Origin: Corallochytrium limacisporum Hawaii
Lineage: Eukaryota; Protista; Pluriformea
Reading direction: 5' to 3'
DNA: 64,000 nt
Assembly (NCBI GenBank): GCA_002811645.1
Contig: PDIP01000025.1
Coordinates: forward strand, 34,245 to 98,244
The translations under genes and the position numbers were made by a program. This document shows positions 52,701 through 63,947 of the stretch, in pieces. The notes under the pieces were generated by a model. The model was not told where the DNA came from, did not search any database, and was given only the letters and a program-made list of their open reading frames with translations. Numbering within the stretch: the first letter of the stretch is position 1; every line of letters starts with the position of its first letter.

Positions 52701-53878
52701 TCCACGTTCAAGAACACGAAGCACGGGACAAAGAAACTATAGGCCGGACTGCTTCACCAGACATGGAGGGAAGGTTCCTGGAGCACGTGGCCATGATGGA
52801 TCGCTCACAGGAAGTTGATGCCTACACCCAGTTCGACATGGAGAGCGAAGACGACGATGAGAATGAAATGACCCGTGGACCACAATCCGCTGCAATTTCA
52901 AAGGCCAAACCTGCTCACTCATCCCGCAGTGGTCATTTGACGGCACCGCTCATGCTAAGCGGCGAGGGGGTTCAAAATCACGAGCTCACATTGGCCTTTG
53001 TAGACGCCGCTCTACAGGACAGCCAGTACATCTACACCCTCCTGGATTGCACCTGGACTCGACTTGGTCCCGGAGGCGCCGCTGACGAGCTGTACGACAG
53101 GTATGGACGTCTCCTCCTTGGAGAGGATGACATTGGCTGCTTCATTGAATGCAAGGCACGAACGGTTCGCAAGCCCCGGCCCGGTGTGAAGGTCGCTGAT
53201 CACGCAGAACAGACCTCGGTGCAGTTCCTTGGTCTTGTCGGTCCCATTGCGGCACACGTTCCGCATGCTATTGAAGCGAGTCTCAAGGGCCACATGTCTA
53301 GTGAGCATGTGGCCACTCCAGTGACCGAACTGTCCCCTCGTCCAACGGGAATCAACTCCATGCCCTGGACTCCTAAAACAGTTGCAATGTTACATGGCCC
53401 CGTTGAAGGTCGGACCCTGCTGCCTAGGATTCACTGGGAGTACGGTGGCGCGGCCAGCGAAGGCGAAGAGACAGTGCGCTTGCAACCAATCTCTGGACAA
53501 GAAGTAAGGTATATATGGTACCGCGCTGTCCTTGGCAAGATCCACGGAACTGGATCGCACCGGGATTTGTCAGAAGCCATCGAACTAGCCCTGAACGACT
53601 GGAAGGACCGTCTCTGCAATGGGAAACAGTGGAGTACTGTGAACGAGGATATCGTTCGCATATGGAACGTTGTGCCTCCTCGCCATGTACCGGTGGCCGC
53701 CTCTCAAGGATACACGCCGACATCCGATGACATTGGCTATTGCCTGAGGATGGTAATTACGGTGGTACATCCGGACGGCGAGCACCTGAACAAAGAGTTC
53801 CACTTGCTCACGGACCCAGTGGTCAGCCATCAATGCGCTGCTTCGGCGGAATACGAACCCCAATTGGTGGATGTCTAA
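49748..53878 (+). CDS. Large coiled-coil protein with ECTFxPxI/DRLY repeats and C-terminal AIR9-like (A9) repeats; probably microtubule-associated
   Basis: HTFKPD, EECTFEPDL, KECHFQPMIN, HTFQPSI, VEDRLM, VYDRLY, GHHLY; CTWTR...LGEDDIGCFIEC and YIWYR...YTPTSDDIGYCLRMVI. Confidence 0.8.
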   Translation: MADVRSPRTNLDSFLEDALREVGEGRDSFEPPRSTGSPKHNSHDLIGPEDYDSEDTDKIIFEKPNRDTHVKHGPKVFSHSDHGVHPRIPEKSNFASPHIGPGMDGIEDLDRLRIHNYLHRSTKAMDPGTKGERISKPAQVPIEAKHANQPSSATDSKPDYSITLERTDSIGTRTKKFIERAARRRAEFRASQDAEQQQAHTFKPDRSFGGQRSKRLEELEKHLNQLKVEDRLMRYAREKQQNRLEQGIRSAHSEDEDMEECTFEPDLSLGGQRRRYRVLNGDVVKDSEPQYIRYREQQAAREIWRKTMKAREAEDEMAQAPGVPEINPTSRRISNAKALGKNVNVYDRLYEAAVRKEERLENLRKPPKVREASPQSSVKRGHHLYSEACKKEAKLTKMKADQDHSIQKRMTSSKTTNKSAIILRTASENRMVTLLSDARRRFGGWLGVDELAGLLVAVDIVGGKHSCESADKRTCQAVWNAITDGTKVLLDMRNSYMKLHPVLFRPRKPEPSERTPNSALGSTTELGRKEEYDRHVEEINRIWIEMSEQERAEGELLVRLRFPKKVELGDAIPFEFVAQFCLVTVWCLYFADTMNLNQSTTVTPTLVTYDVERLQSFLDRHFYLTNNMPLIPDLLEIATRLKQQAALQRPGLRGPAFRARPTETEKHLAEEEAKKLHKEKRAPSPRRVAAMHEFYHRAMDRRDQLRDKQMNEELKECHFQPMINRNTDSLAVRHYHREVLKPETRRDQLLREKWLKEEEEFSKHHTFQPSIDNGFYVRTKNITQADKEPNDNHTIENVNDTGFSCLTKSTVTSHQFAEPPTGYYESVARIREARLNKLQKQWRENRLGLPEKQFKRGVVVPFGIDNRQHELQAKRKQKAGPVAFHVEVQLGAKRGATLVVREQANLWKLAEGFVRTYGLRVEMTPRLHVTLCEQALAVCGEDGFMTKFPEDAQDITNIIEEEHGGLRSERQPDASPGLNSFDFPVHVQEHEARDKETIGRTASPDMEGRFLEHVAMMDRSQEVDAYTQFDMESEDDDENEMTRGPQSAAISKAKPAHSSRSGHLTAPLMLSGEGVQNHELTLAFVDAALQDSQYIYTLLDCTWTRLGPGGAADELYDRYGRLLLGEDDIGCFIECKARTVRKPRPGVKVADHAEQTSVQFLGLVGPIAAHVPHAIEASLKGHMSSEHVATPVTELSPRPTGINSMPWTPKTVAMLHGPVEGRTLLPRIHWEYGGAASEGEETVRLQPISGQEVRYIWYRAVLGKIHGTGSHRDLSEAIELALNDWKDRLCNGKQWSTVNEDIVRIWNVVPPRHVPVAASQGYTPTSDDIGYCLRMVITVVHPDGEHLNKEFHLLTDPVVSHQCAASAEYEPQLVDV

Positions 53879-55751
53879 GAGATTCAGGAATGAGGAAAAA
53901 GACTACCGAAGACTTGGCCGCAGCATTTTGAAGGCTCATCAAAATTGGGGCCCCTTTTCGACAGCCAAGGAGGAGCAAACTTACCATAAAACGATCACAT
54001 GGGGGAATTTGTAACCACGTAATTCCGATCTATCAGGCATGTGATGGACGGTGTCTGAGTTGTTTGTTTCCGATGTCGTGTATCTTCTTCAGCATGACTC
54101 TATGGGGATATAATCCTTGTGCACACTGCTTTACATTGGTTATGACGGTTCTTATGCACCTACCTCCCCGTCCGTTCCGCCTTCCATATTATTGCGTCAA
54201 CAAATAACTACCAACTTGTCCATATAGGCAAAAAATGGGTAAAGTGCGGTCCATTGCTCCGTCAACACCATGCATGTGAAGTTGCATGTGTCACTGCGAA
54301 GCACTCTGCGGCCATCCACAGGCACCGTGTTGCCTTGTGTTGAACATGAATCATTCGTGGTGAACGTTCAACGAAACTGGATAATGAAGCTTTGTACTAT
54401 AAATGCATACAAACCAGCCGGAACTGATAAACTGGTTTCCCTGTAAGAACAGGTTTGGTGTTTATCAAGTACATCTCCCTTTCATTTTCAAAGACAAGAG
54501 ATTAAACGCGGTGAAATTTTCTGATAGAGTGATGATGACGGAGGCTCTCGAGGATGACGGAAACGTGCGCTTTGCTAATCTGCGCATCCCGCGTAACGAT
54601 CTCCGCTGCTTGTTTTTGTCCACAGGCGCATCCCCGGGCTCTCACAGACCTGCCATGTGCCTCTGTCTCTCTCGACCTCGCTCGGCCCCTCGGTTTCCAC
54701 TTTAACCAATTCCTCAAATCTCGCCGAACACCAGTCCCGATCCTTTCACAATCAATGAACCACAGGCACACACATGCACTCACACCCAGACCTTCTCTCC
54801 CCCGGAACTATCCCTTGACATGTGGCCCCGCAAGAAGCCCGTTCCGTCCGTCCCTCCCTCCGTGCGCTGCCCCTCGCCCCGCCAGAGCGGTAAATGAGGT
54901 AGAGACAGGGCGAGAAGAGGAGAGGGGAGGGTGAGGCGCAGTTGGGATGAGGGGTGGAAGAAGAAGCAGCAAACCCCAGTCTTGGATGGCAAGCCCAAAC
55001 AAGAGCGTGTTTTGAAGGCCCCCCCCCCACCCACCTCGGCTCTCAGAACTCAAACCAAGAATTTCAGAGAGTGGCGCCCACGAGGAAGAGGGGGGGGGGT
55101 AAGTGTCGTGGGCCGAGCCGCCGCGGGGGGGGGAGAGAGGGTGGTTCGGTTGATGTGGGGTGGGAGTGGCTACGAGCGATAAAGAAGAAAAAGTACCAGA
55201 AGGGAAATGGCGATGGGGTCAAGCCCTGTCGACGATTCAACTATCGCTTCTTCTTCTTCTTCTTCCTTTTTTTTCTCTTTTTTTTTTCACTATATATTTC
55301 CCTAAGGGAATTATGGTTATACATTCACGAACTTTTTTTTCAATTTCTTACGTAAGAGGGATGTCTGAAGACACACGGGCGGGCGGGCGATCGAACCGGG
55401 AAGGATCAGCACAAGGTTCAGCCGCAAACGGAGAGATTACGGAGTTCAAAGTAGAACCCCAAAAAAAAAAGAGAGGGGAGGCAGGCGCAGAGTGGGTGGT
55501 GGCACGGGGATGTTTGCAAACGGCGGCAGTGGTTAATGAGGCTTGTGCCAGAACTCACACCGGGCACGGCATTGTGTCTGTGCGAGAAGACCCCGGGGGG
55601 GGGTTGGTCACAAGGCAGCTAAGAGAGCGGGGCGCCGCGGTGTGCCAAAGACACAACTCCCTCGCTCTCCCAAGGCGGCGGCATCGGGCTCCCGGTCGGC
55701 AACGAGCAAAGCAAGGCGGCTCTAATTTGATTAGGCATCTCCACCCCCCCC

Positions 55752-55838
55752 NNNNNNNNNNNNNNNNNNNNNNNNNNNNNNNNNNNNNNNNNNNNNNNNN
55801 NNNNNNNNNNNNNNNNNNNNNNNNNNNNNNNNNNNNNN
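55752..55838. other. Assembly gap (N run) flanked by C homopolymers
   Basis: Run of N between C8 and C15G8. Confidence 0.99.
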
Positions 55839-56416
55839 CCCCCCCCCCCCCCCGGGGGGGGAGTAAAAAGGTAGGGCGGAGCGGTTGAAGAGCGCGGTTT
55901 GTGTTTTCCCCGGTTGGTGCGGACCAAAAGACGAGGAGGAGGATGATGATGAGAGTGGGGGGGGGGTTTATTTATTGATAGAAATAAGTCAGGCGGAGGC
56001 AGGGGCCATGAATCATTGAAATGGAGAAGAAAGCCCCGGGGAAACGACAATTTTAAAAAAAGAAAACACCGTGGACATCGGCCCCCGCGGGCGGGACCCC
56101 TCCACAAAAAAGGGAATGAAAACACCCGAGAAGAATTGAACAAAGGAAAAGGGGCGCGCTTCAAAAAAAAGACACTTACCACCCTTGCCTCCGCGTTTCC
56201 CTTTTTTGTTTTCACTCGTGGCCCGGAACGGGCAAGGGGGGGGGACAGCGGACTGAGAGGTTGGGGAGGGGGATGACAAGGGATCAGTAACTTAAATCCC
56301 CGTTTTCTATGTACCACGGTATGGGGTAAGTTTATGAAGAGAGGAGACAGATAAACCCGCCCTCTCCCTCCCGCGAGGGCGCGGCAAGAAGGGGGGGGGG
56401 GAAGGGGAAGTGGGTT

Positions 56417-56500
56417 TCTCTCTCTCTCTCTCACACTCTCGCTCTGTGTTTGTGTGTGTGTGTGTGTGTGTCTCTCTCTCTCTCTGTCGCTGTCTCTCTC
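56417..56500. repeat. Compound (CT)n/(GT)n microsatellite
   Basis: tctctctctctctc...tgtgtgtgtgtgtgtgtgtg-tctctctctctctc. Confidence 0.9.
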
Positions 56501-57303
56501 ACAGTTCCCGGGCGCCACCAAAGTGGGTGTCTTAATTTTTTCCTTCCTTTTTCTTACTACTTTTTCGTCTGCGTACTGAGCTGCGCCGCATGTTTCTGCA
56601 CTTTCGATTCCTGTCGCAGTAGGACCAACGTGACCTGGGGGAAAAGACTGAATCAGCCTTCATCACGAGAGGACTGATGTGCGCTAGTGTGTGCGCGTAG
56701 AAGGAGAAGTGGACATTTGAACAATGGTTGCAACAATTGAAGGAACAATGAACAGGCACATTACCGATGGAATTACCCGTTCATACGACGCAGTGCCATC
56801 ACGAGCATATCATTTGTCCCCCATGTGGAGATGTTCAAATCATCAGGTCCCATCGATACTCCTAGTCATTCGTAGACGTAACCGATCTATGCCAGCGGAG
56901 TCGTGTAATACAAGACATCTAGAGTGGATGCAGCATTCAATGACTTGGCCATCTCACTCACCCACTGTGTTCTCATCGATGTTCGCCCCACTGTGATGGT
57001 TGGAAGAGCGAAGAAAGCGCCAGAGTTTAGGCGGGGTACTGGTTGCTCTCAGTATAGTGAGTGAACTCGGTCTTAAAGACAAAGTGACAAATCAGTGCAG
57101 AGCTCACCGAAGAACGGCTCAGCAAAGAAAGCAATGGAGAAAACTTGTATGGTATGTGTATAGGACACCTTTGGTGAAATGGTAATGTATGATGATGTCT
57201 ATATGGATCTAGAAGTGCTATGAATATGAGAATGTGGATATGCGAATGGATATCGAACTATGTGTGTGAGTGGGAGCATAGAGAGGCATCCCATTCTTCT
57301 GGC

Positions 57304-58947
57304 TTAGGCGACCTGAATATCCATGGCCTTGTTGTCCTGCAAGTAGGCGTTGGCATCAAAGTCAGGGATTTGCTTCTTGAGTGCTGTGATGGTGCGGGCC
57401 TCGCGCTCGCGGCGGAACATGGCTTCCTTCTCCTCCTGGATGTCGGTGATCTGGTCGGCATCGTACCTGGGCACAAGCGCGAAAGTTACTATGACACCAA
57501 ACAGACCGACAACGCAGGAGAGGATGAAGACAACCTGGGAGTCCATCACGGCGAAGACGTAGCTGAAGATGGCGGCACCAACCTTACCGGAGGCAGCGGA
57601 GAAACCGTGCAGACGAGCCTTGTGGGCAGAAGGGAAGTACTCACCGGGAATGACGTAGGTCATGGCACCGGGACCGTAGAAGGAGATCAGGTTGGTAATA
57701 GTGTACAGAGCAGCCATGGCGTAGGTGCCTGGAGTGGAGGCACTCAAGGGGGAGTAGGCAGCACCCAGAACCAAGAAGATTACAACAAGTGCAGCGAAGG
57801 AGTAGCCCATAATGTTCACGCGTCCCCAGCGGTCCAGAGTGAAAGCGGCTAGGAAACCAGCGGGCAGACCAACGGCATTAAAGACAAGGTGGAACTGAGC
57901 TTTGGCGTGGTCAGACTTAATTCCAAAACCAGAGGCGACCTCAGATGAGGCCAGGCCGTTTCCGATGGTGATGATGTCAAAGAGGAACCAAGCAAGAGCA
58001 GTGCCAGCAACGTCCCTGCCATAGGTAGCAATCAGAGCACCAAAGTCGACCATGAAGCGGTGGAACCAGTGCTCGACTTCGTGCTTGGTCTGAGCAGGGG
58101 CAATGGATAGGCGGTGGCTGCGGCGAACCTCGCGGACGTCGTTGTCCTCAACAGCGTGGGAAAGGATGGACAGGCGGGTCAGGGCAACATCTTCGATCTC
58201 TTTGGCCCTCTTAAAGTCCTCAGATTCTTCCATGGCATAACGCATGTACAGAGAGATACCAATGGGTACCAGAGCAAGTGCCATGGTAGTGCGCCAGATG
58301 GGGTCGTTACCGACGCCACCGGCTTCCATGGCAAGGGGAATTGCGGCACCGATGGTGGCACCGAGAGGCTGCATAGCGAACACAAGGGTCATGAGCTTTC
58401 CGCGGAGCTTGGGCGAGCAAGACTCAGCAGCGACGGTAGCAGACAGAGGGTACTCACCACCCACACCAACACCGGTGATCAGGCGGAAGAGAGAGAGCCA
58501 AGCCCAGACGGGGAAGTCGGAAGGGTTCTGGGCAATGGTGCAACCAATGGTACCAAGGACAATGAGAACACCAGTAACTAGATAGAGAGGACGACGACCG
58601 TACCGATCGGCGAGATAACCAAAGGTCAGCTGACCGATCACAGCTCCCCAAAGAGCCAGAGAAGACATAAGACCTAGCTGACCATCAGTGACACCGTACT
58701 CGTCCTGAATGTAGGGTCCTGCGGCGGAGATGGAGAACAGAGAGTAAGAGTCACCAAAGAAACCAAGCATGGCGGCAAACAAAGCCTTTTTGCTCACAGG
58801 AGGGTCTACAGAGCTAGACTTCGACTCCTTCTCAAATCCTTTGCTACTATCTTCATTGTAGAGGGCGGCGTGGTCATCACTCTTGAGGACGATATCTGTA
58901 AGGTTGACCTCGGGGGTCACCGGCGAATGGTTCATGTTGGGAGGCAT
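57304..58947 (-). CDS. MFS phosphate:H+ symporter-family (Pho84/PHT1/Git1-like) transporter
   Basis: AMLGFFGDSYSLF, FGYLADRYGRR, GVGVGGEYPLSATVAAE, VFAMQ, WFLFDI, GPGAMTYVIPGEYFP...HGFSAASGKVGA. First in-frame ATG is at 58947 (the track start at 59025 is not ATG). Confidence 0.93.
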   Translation of the reverse strand: MPPNMNHSPVTPEVNLTDIVLKSDDHAALYNEDSSKGFEKESKSSSVDPPVSKKALFAAMLGFFGDSYSLFSISAAGPYIQDEYGVTDGQLGLMSSLALWGAVIGQLTFGYLADRYGRRPLYLVTGVLIVLGTIGCTIAQNPSDFPVWAWLSLFRLITGVGVGGEYPLSATVAAESCSPKLRGKLMTLVFAMQPLGATIGAAIPLAMEAGGVGNDPIWRTTMALALVPIGISLYMRYAMEESEDFKRAKEIEDVALTRLSILSHAVEDNDVREVRRSHRLSIAPAQTKHEVEHWFHRFMVDFGALIATYGRDVAGTALAWFLFDIITIGNGLASSEVASGFGIKSDHAKAQFHLVFNAVGLPAGFLAAFTLDRWGRVNIMGYSFAALVVIFLVLGAAYSPLSASTPGTYAMAALYTITNLISFYGPGAMTYVIPGEYFPSAHKARLHGFSAASGKVGAAIFSYVFAVMDSQVVFILSCVVGLFGVIVTFALVPRYDADQITDIQEEKEAMFRREREARTITALKKQIPDFDANAYLQDNKAMDIQVA

Positions 58948-61900
58948 TCTGTGTATGTGCGCGCAAAGGGTTCTAATTTCCTTACGGCCAGTAAAATATA
59001 AATATTGTTTCTTGATCAGACTCAACAGTCAACTGCGACGTCTAATGACATGTAGACGCTTAAATACCCCATGGATCATTCACTCGTTGTCAATATTTCC
59101 AAGGGGATTTAAATCCCTTCACATGAATGTACTAAGCGAGCATGCAACACCGACATATGTGAAGAGAAGTGAAACAGTTTCCTCCCTAGGAATCTCGTTC
59201 ATCAATTTTAGGGCTTCAACATCTCTTTCCACTCCCCTGCGGTACGCTGAAATCCAGGGGCGATTCTCTTTTCATTTTCAAAAGAATGGTCGCAGCGGTT
59301 TTCGTGGAGTTCGAACGCCGTGGTGACCTTTCCCCCTTTCTTTCCCTTTCCCCTCCCACCCCTTTTGCTTCACTTTCCCCCCAGCGCGTGTATCTTTCTG
59401 GATACGCCCCGTTCTTGGACTATGGCCTCGAGGGGTAACCCGCGGCATCTGTGCCAAACCCCCTCCCCCCCCCCCGGGGGTGTGTGTGTGTGTCGCGTGG
59501 GGGGAATATCGCTCTTCTTTTTGCTTCGCGCTTTGGAAGGAGAAAGGGAGGCAGAGGGGGGGGAGCTTTGGGTGGGTTCACTCTCTGGGCGCCCTTCCCC
59601 CCCCCCTCTTCCCTCCCTCGCGGGCCAGCAGCGAGGCTGTCTCTGTGGTCTCTCGTTCTCGCGTAGACGACCAGTGAAAGTTCGAATGAACCGCTCTGAT
59701 AAGCCAAACAGGACCCTTGCATAATTTTGTGCCGTATATTTTGTATGAAAAGCTACTACATTGTGGTGCCGAGCACAATCCGCAGGGGTGAAACTGAGGC
59801 GGAAGAGTGTGAGAATGGCTGTCCAAGCAGCGTGTGCCATGGTTCCATTGAATCGAGCGGAGAATCTTGCTGCGCAGCACAAGGGCCGCCACGAACAAAA
59901 GAAAAGGGGGGGGGGGAGACAACAGCACGCAGTGATAGAGCGCGTCAAGCGTGTATGTGTGTGTGCTTGTAGAGGTGGTTGTTTTGATTTTCTGTTGTAG
60001 CGTGTGTTGTGCGCGGGTTGAGGAGTAAATTAGACACAGCACGCACCCCCCCCACACCGACCACCCACAGAGTGACAGACAGTACGGTACGTGCGATAGA
60101 GACGGTGATGAGAAACGGAGGGGAGGGAAGCGGGGGAGGCTCCCGCCTTGGGGGGGGGGGGTTACCAGCGGGAGGAGTTTGCATTTGAGACGGTGAGAAG
60201 AACCGGAAAGCGAGGCCGAAGAAAAAAAAATATTTAACGGTGTAAACAAATCCCCACCAAGACTGGGTTGTACACACTGCACACAATCGAAATGTGTTTC
60301 TGTGCGCGGCTGTATCGCATGCGTACATCCAGATAAACACACTGCCAACGACACGAGAGCGATATGCTGTGACGACGCAAACTTATTGACACACCACGAT
60401 ACCTAGCGTTAAGACTTTTTGCTCTGCTGGACGACCCTTTTGGGAAGTTTGACATGGTAATCTGCTGGGCCCAAAACTCATATACATCTCAGATCTCTTG
60501 CTCCACTCCGCTCAGGTTCATGTCATACGACCGATGTTACTGGGTCAAGGACAAACTGGCCTTGATGAATCGGGACACGGTGAGATGACCCGTATTTCAC
60601 AGGCTTTTTTTAGCAGGATGCACACACTTTCAGCTCAGCTGCGTACCGTAGTTCCGCATACGAACCCGTAAAATGACGAAGGACTGCGGGAGTCTATACC
60701 AACGGAGGGCGACGTAGGCACACGATCGTTGAACTCGTCCCCGGTTGGCGGTGCCAGCGAGACAAACATGAAACAACCACATGGATCATTACAGGCACAT
60801 TCTACACACTTATTCGGTGAAGAAAAAACATACAGTCTTTTGGCCCGTGGATCCCCCAGCCACCCCCACCTCCCCCCCTGGCACGAGTTCTTGCAACACC
60901 TCCCCAAATCACCGACCAGGGGTCAAGTATTCGTATATCTGATCCACCCTTAAGCCATATCAAATTAACGTGCATTCCGTAACATCTCAGACGGCATCCC
61001 AGCAATGCGGCGAGGCTAAGAAGAAAGCGGCATCATCAGACTCCGACAACACCCTCAGAGTTTGGAACTTGCCAACGGCAGGCCCCCCATTCCGCCTCAT
61101 CAATGGTGTTTGACAAGGGATATTACATTCCCGGTCGACCAGCCAAGCCTCTCGCATCATGAACGGCACAAAGCGGGCAGGTATTTGCCTCGAAACACAT
61201 GATGTGTGCTTGTCGGCTCGTCAGGTGTGCCACTCCCTCATATTTCCTCCAAAGGGGCAAAAGATCGAGTCCCCCCCCCCTTTCTTCTTCCCTTCCCTTC
61301 CCTTCCCTTTCTTCTTCCGAACTTTTCCTTTTCTCCACACCGCTTCTCACCTGACCGGGGATCGAGCCGGAAAGGGTCCCGTTTGGAAAAAAAAAAATAA
61401 GACTTGGAAAGAAAAGAAGAAGAAGGAGGGGGGGGGATTGTGCCAATAACCGCACCAAAGGGAGGGCGTGTAGAGTCATTGCATAGAATCGTGGGGAAAA
61501 GCACCCACGGGAACCACACCGCAAGGGAGGAGGAGGCCGATGGCCAACCCACCGCACGAAGGTCCGATGTTCGGAAACCAAGGCGGGTCTCGCAGGTAAT
61601 GCCGTATGCACAAAAAATAGAGGGAAAAGCTGAAATCGCTGGAACATCGGAACATTATACATCCGATGGTAAGAACGGGACTAAGACAAGACACGGGGAG
61701 AGAGAGGGAGGGAGAGAGAAAAGAGAGGAAAAAGTGAAAAGGAACAAAAAGAAAAAAAAAGTTTTCAAGTTCGTTTATCCAACACTGTCTTTTATTTCCC
61801 CTTACTTTTTCCTTGTCCCTGACCTGCCCCCCCCCCCGGGGGGGGGGGGTTCGATGGCTTGCAGTTTGTAAACGCACCACCACCCGACAGACAGCTGGCG

Positions 61901-63798
61901 GGGGTAGCGGGGGCGCGCGATAGAGGAGGGTATGATTGCCCATCCCCGTCGGTTGGGCATCAAGGTCTAAAGGTCTTCATAGGCAGCATGTGATATTGAA
62001 CACTGTGGGCTCCCAAGCGATCGCCGAATAGCGGTAGTAGAGGATGCTCAGAAGTTCCCTTTTCTTCGACATAAAACGATGTGTGGCTGTTCTGCGCAAA
62101 AAAACTTGCCCAACCTGGCAAGTGATGACGCTTGTTCACAAAGGCATTGGGATCGGGTCGTGCTCAGGAACCTGGGGCGGGTTTCTCTGGTGCGCGCACA
62201 TGGGGACTTTTGCATGGCCCGCAGGAAGGCCAAAGAGAAGAAAGTTTGTTCGTTACCTGAATACTCCCATCTCGCTGTGCACAGTACTGCCAGTGTGGCA
62301 ATCGTGCAATACAAACGTTTTATAGCCTCCACTCATTCGGCGGGGTGTGCGTATCAGTGTGTTAATGTAGTGTCCGGGACAAATCATAGTTCACATTTTC
62401 ATTGGGGATCTGCGCACTCATACTTACGTCACATGGGAGGCGGAAAGATCGAATTGGATCATTTTTAAAACTTGTCGAATTCGGGGCAATGTTTTCTTTT
62501 CTTTTCTTTTCTTTTTTTTTGGGGGGTTTCCTTTCCATTCTTTTGGCCCCAATTGGCTATTCACCCAAAAGGCAACCGGAAATGTCTACAAAACGAGCGC
62601 GACACGGTTCTGTGGCTTAAAAGAAAAGGGGAAGAAAAAAACAAAAAAAACAAAAACTGAACAATTTTGAAACCCGTTTGGTCGTCCGAAAGCGACGCGC
62701 ACACATACGCGCACGGGAGTCCATGTCCATCTCTTTATCCAATTTTACTATATCTTTTTATACTTTCTTTTCTTTCTTTGATCGCTCACCCTAATTTCTT
62801 TCCTTTTTGGAATCCTCTTTTCTTTCACTGTATAGATCTTTCAGCTCTTAGGGAAAATCCTACAGATGGGTGCTGAACGCGCACTGACAGATCTATACAA
62901 AACGTATGGACCTAGCGCGTTAGGTCTTCCTTTGAGAGTGTAGTGTACCCAGGGGATATTAATACCCGTTCGAATGAGATGGATGTAAAGAAAATGAATA
63001 CAAAACAAGAACAAGAACAACAAAAAACCCTCGTCTCTACCTTTCCTCCACCGTTACAGTTTTTTATTCGCTTACTCAACCTTCGAAAGGGGGGGCTGGT
63101 CGTGCGCTGCAGTGTGTTCCCTATAGTTCCCTTTCCTTCTCAGTTCCAACTTTCTTTTAAATCCCCCCCTCCCCCCTTTCCCTTCCCCCTCCAAACCCCT
63201 CCTGAGCGATTTCTCCGATCAAAGGGTTCGGCAATACTGAGTCTATGGGGAACAGGTCCTGGAGATTTTATTTTGTCGATGCGTACTCCTGTCCGATACG
63301 AGCAGTCGTCCACATCTCAGGGTTTCCCTTTTTTCCTTGAGTTCTGGACATGCTCAGTATGTCCAAGAACGAAAAGCCTTGAATAGCTCGATCTTAATTA
63401 CTTCTCCCACCACTCCACGTTCACCAAACTTCAGCGGGGATGTGAGGGTTTCGGGTTCTGTCGTTAGCAGGAAACCATGGCCCGTGGCGGTGTACACCAT
63501 GCGGAGCTGGTGCAGTGAACACTGTCAACGCAGGATAGATTGCGTTGCCACTGTAGGAAAGCAACAACAAACGGAGACATTCTGCAGTATCCGCAAAGCG
63601 TTCCAAGCGATGTGGGCGATCGAGATGTACCTTCCCCATACCAAAAAGAAGGAAACGTAGCATTGTCGCTTTCTTTTCGTGTTGTGGATGCCGCAGGGCC
63701 GACCAGAAGGTGTGACCACCGCCGTTCGCGGTGGGTTTATGGCCAGCATGCCCAGAAGTCCGCAGGAGAGAGCACATGGAAGGGGCACAGAGTGAGGG

Positions 63799-63947
63799 AC
63801 ACACACACACGCACACGCACACACACCCACAGACACAAGGTGTGGATTTGCGGTTGGGTGTGTGATTTGGCTTCTGAACGAGCAGCAGGACAATTGGGGA
63901 GTAGAAAAAGATATCACACGAAACAAAATTAGAAAAAAAGAATTTGT

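Noticed and set aside
54403-56996. Many ORFs of 80-300 aa, including two spanning the N gap
   Set aside because: Products of homopolymer and microsatellite sequence (poly-P/G/K/F) with no coding signature
59320-63932. ORFs, and Pho4-like sites upstream of the transporter
   Set aside because: The ORFs are low-complexity artefacts; only scattered CACGTT/AACGTG hexamers were seen, at chance level
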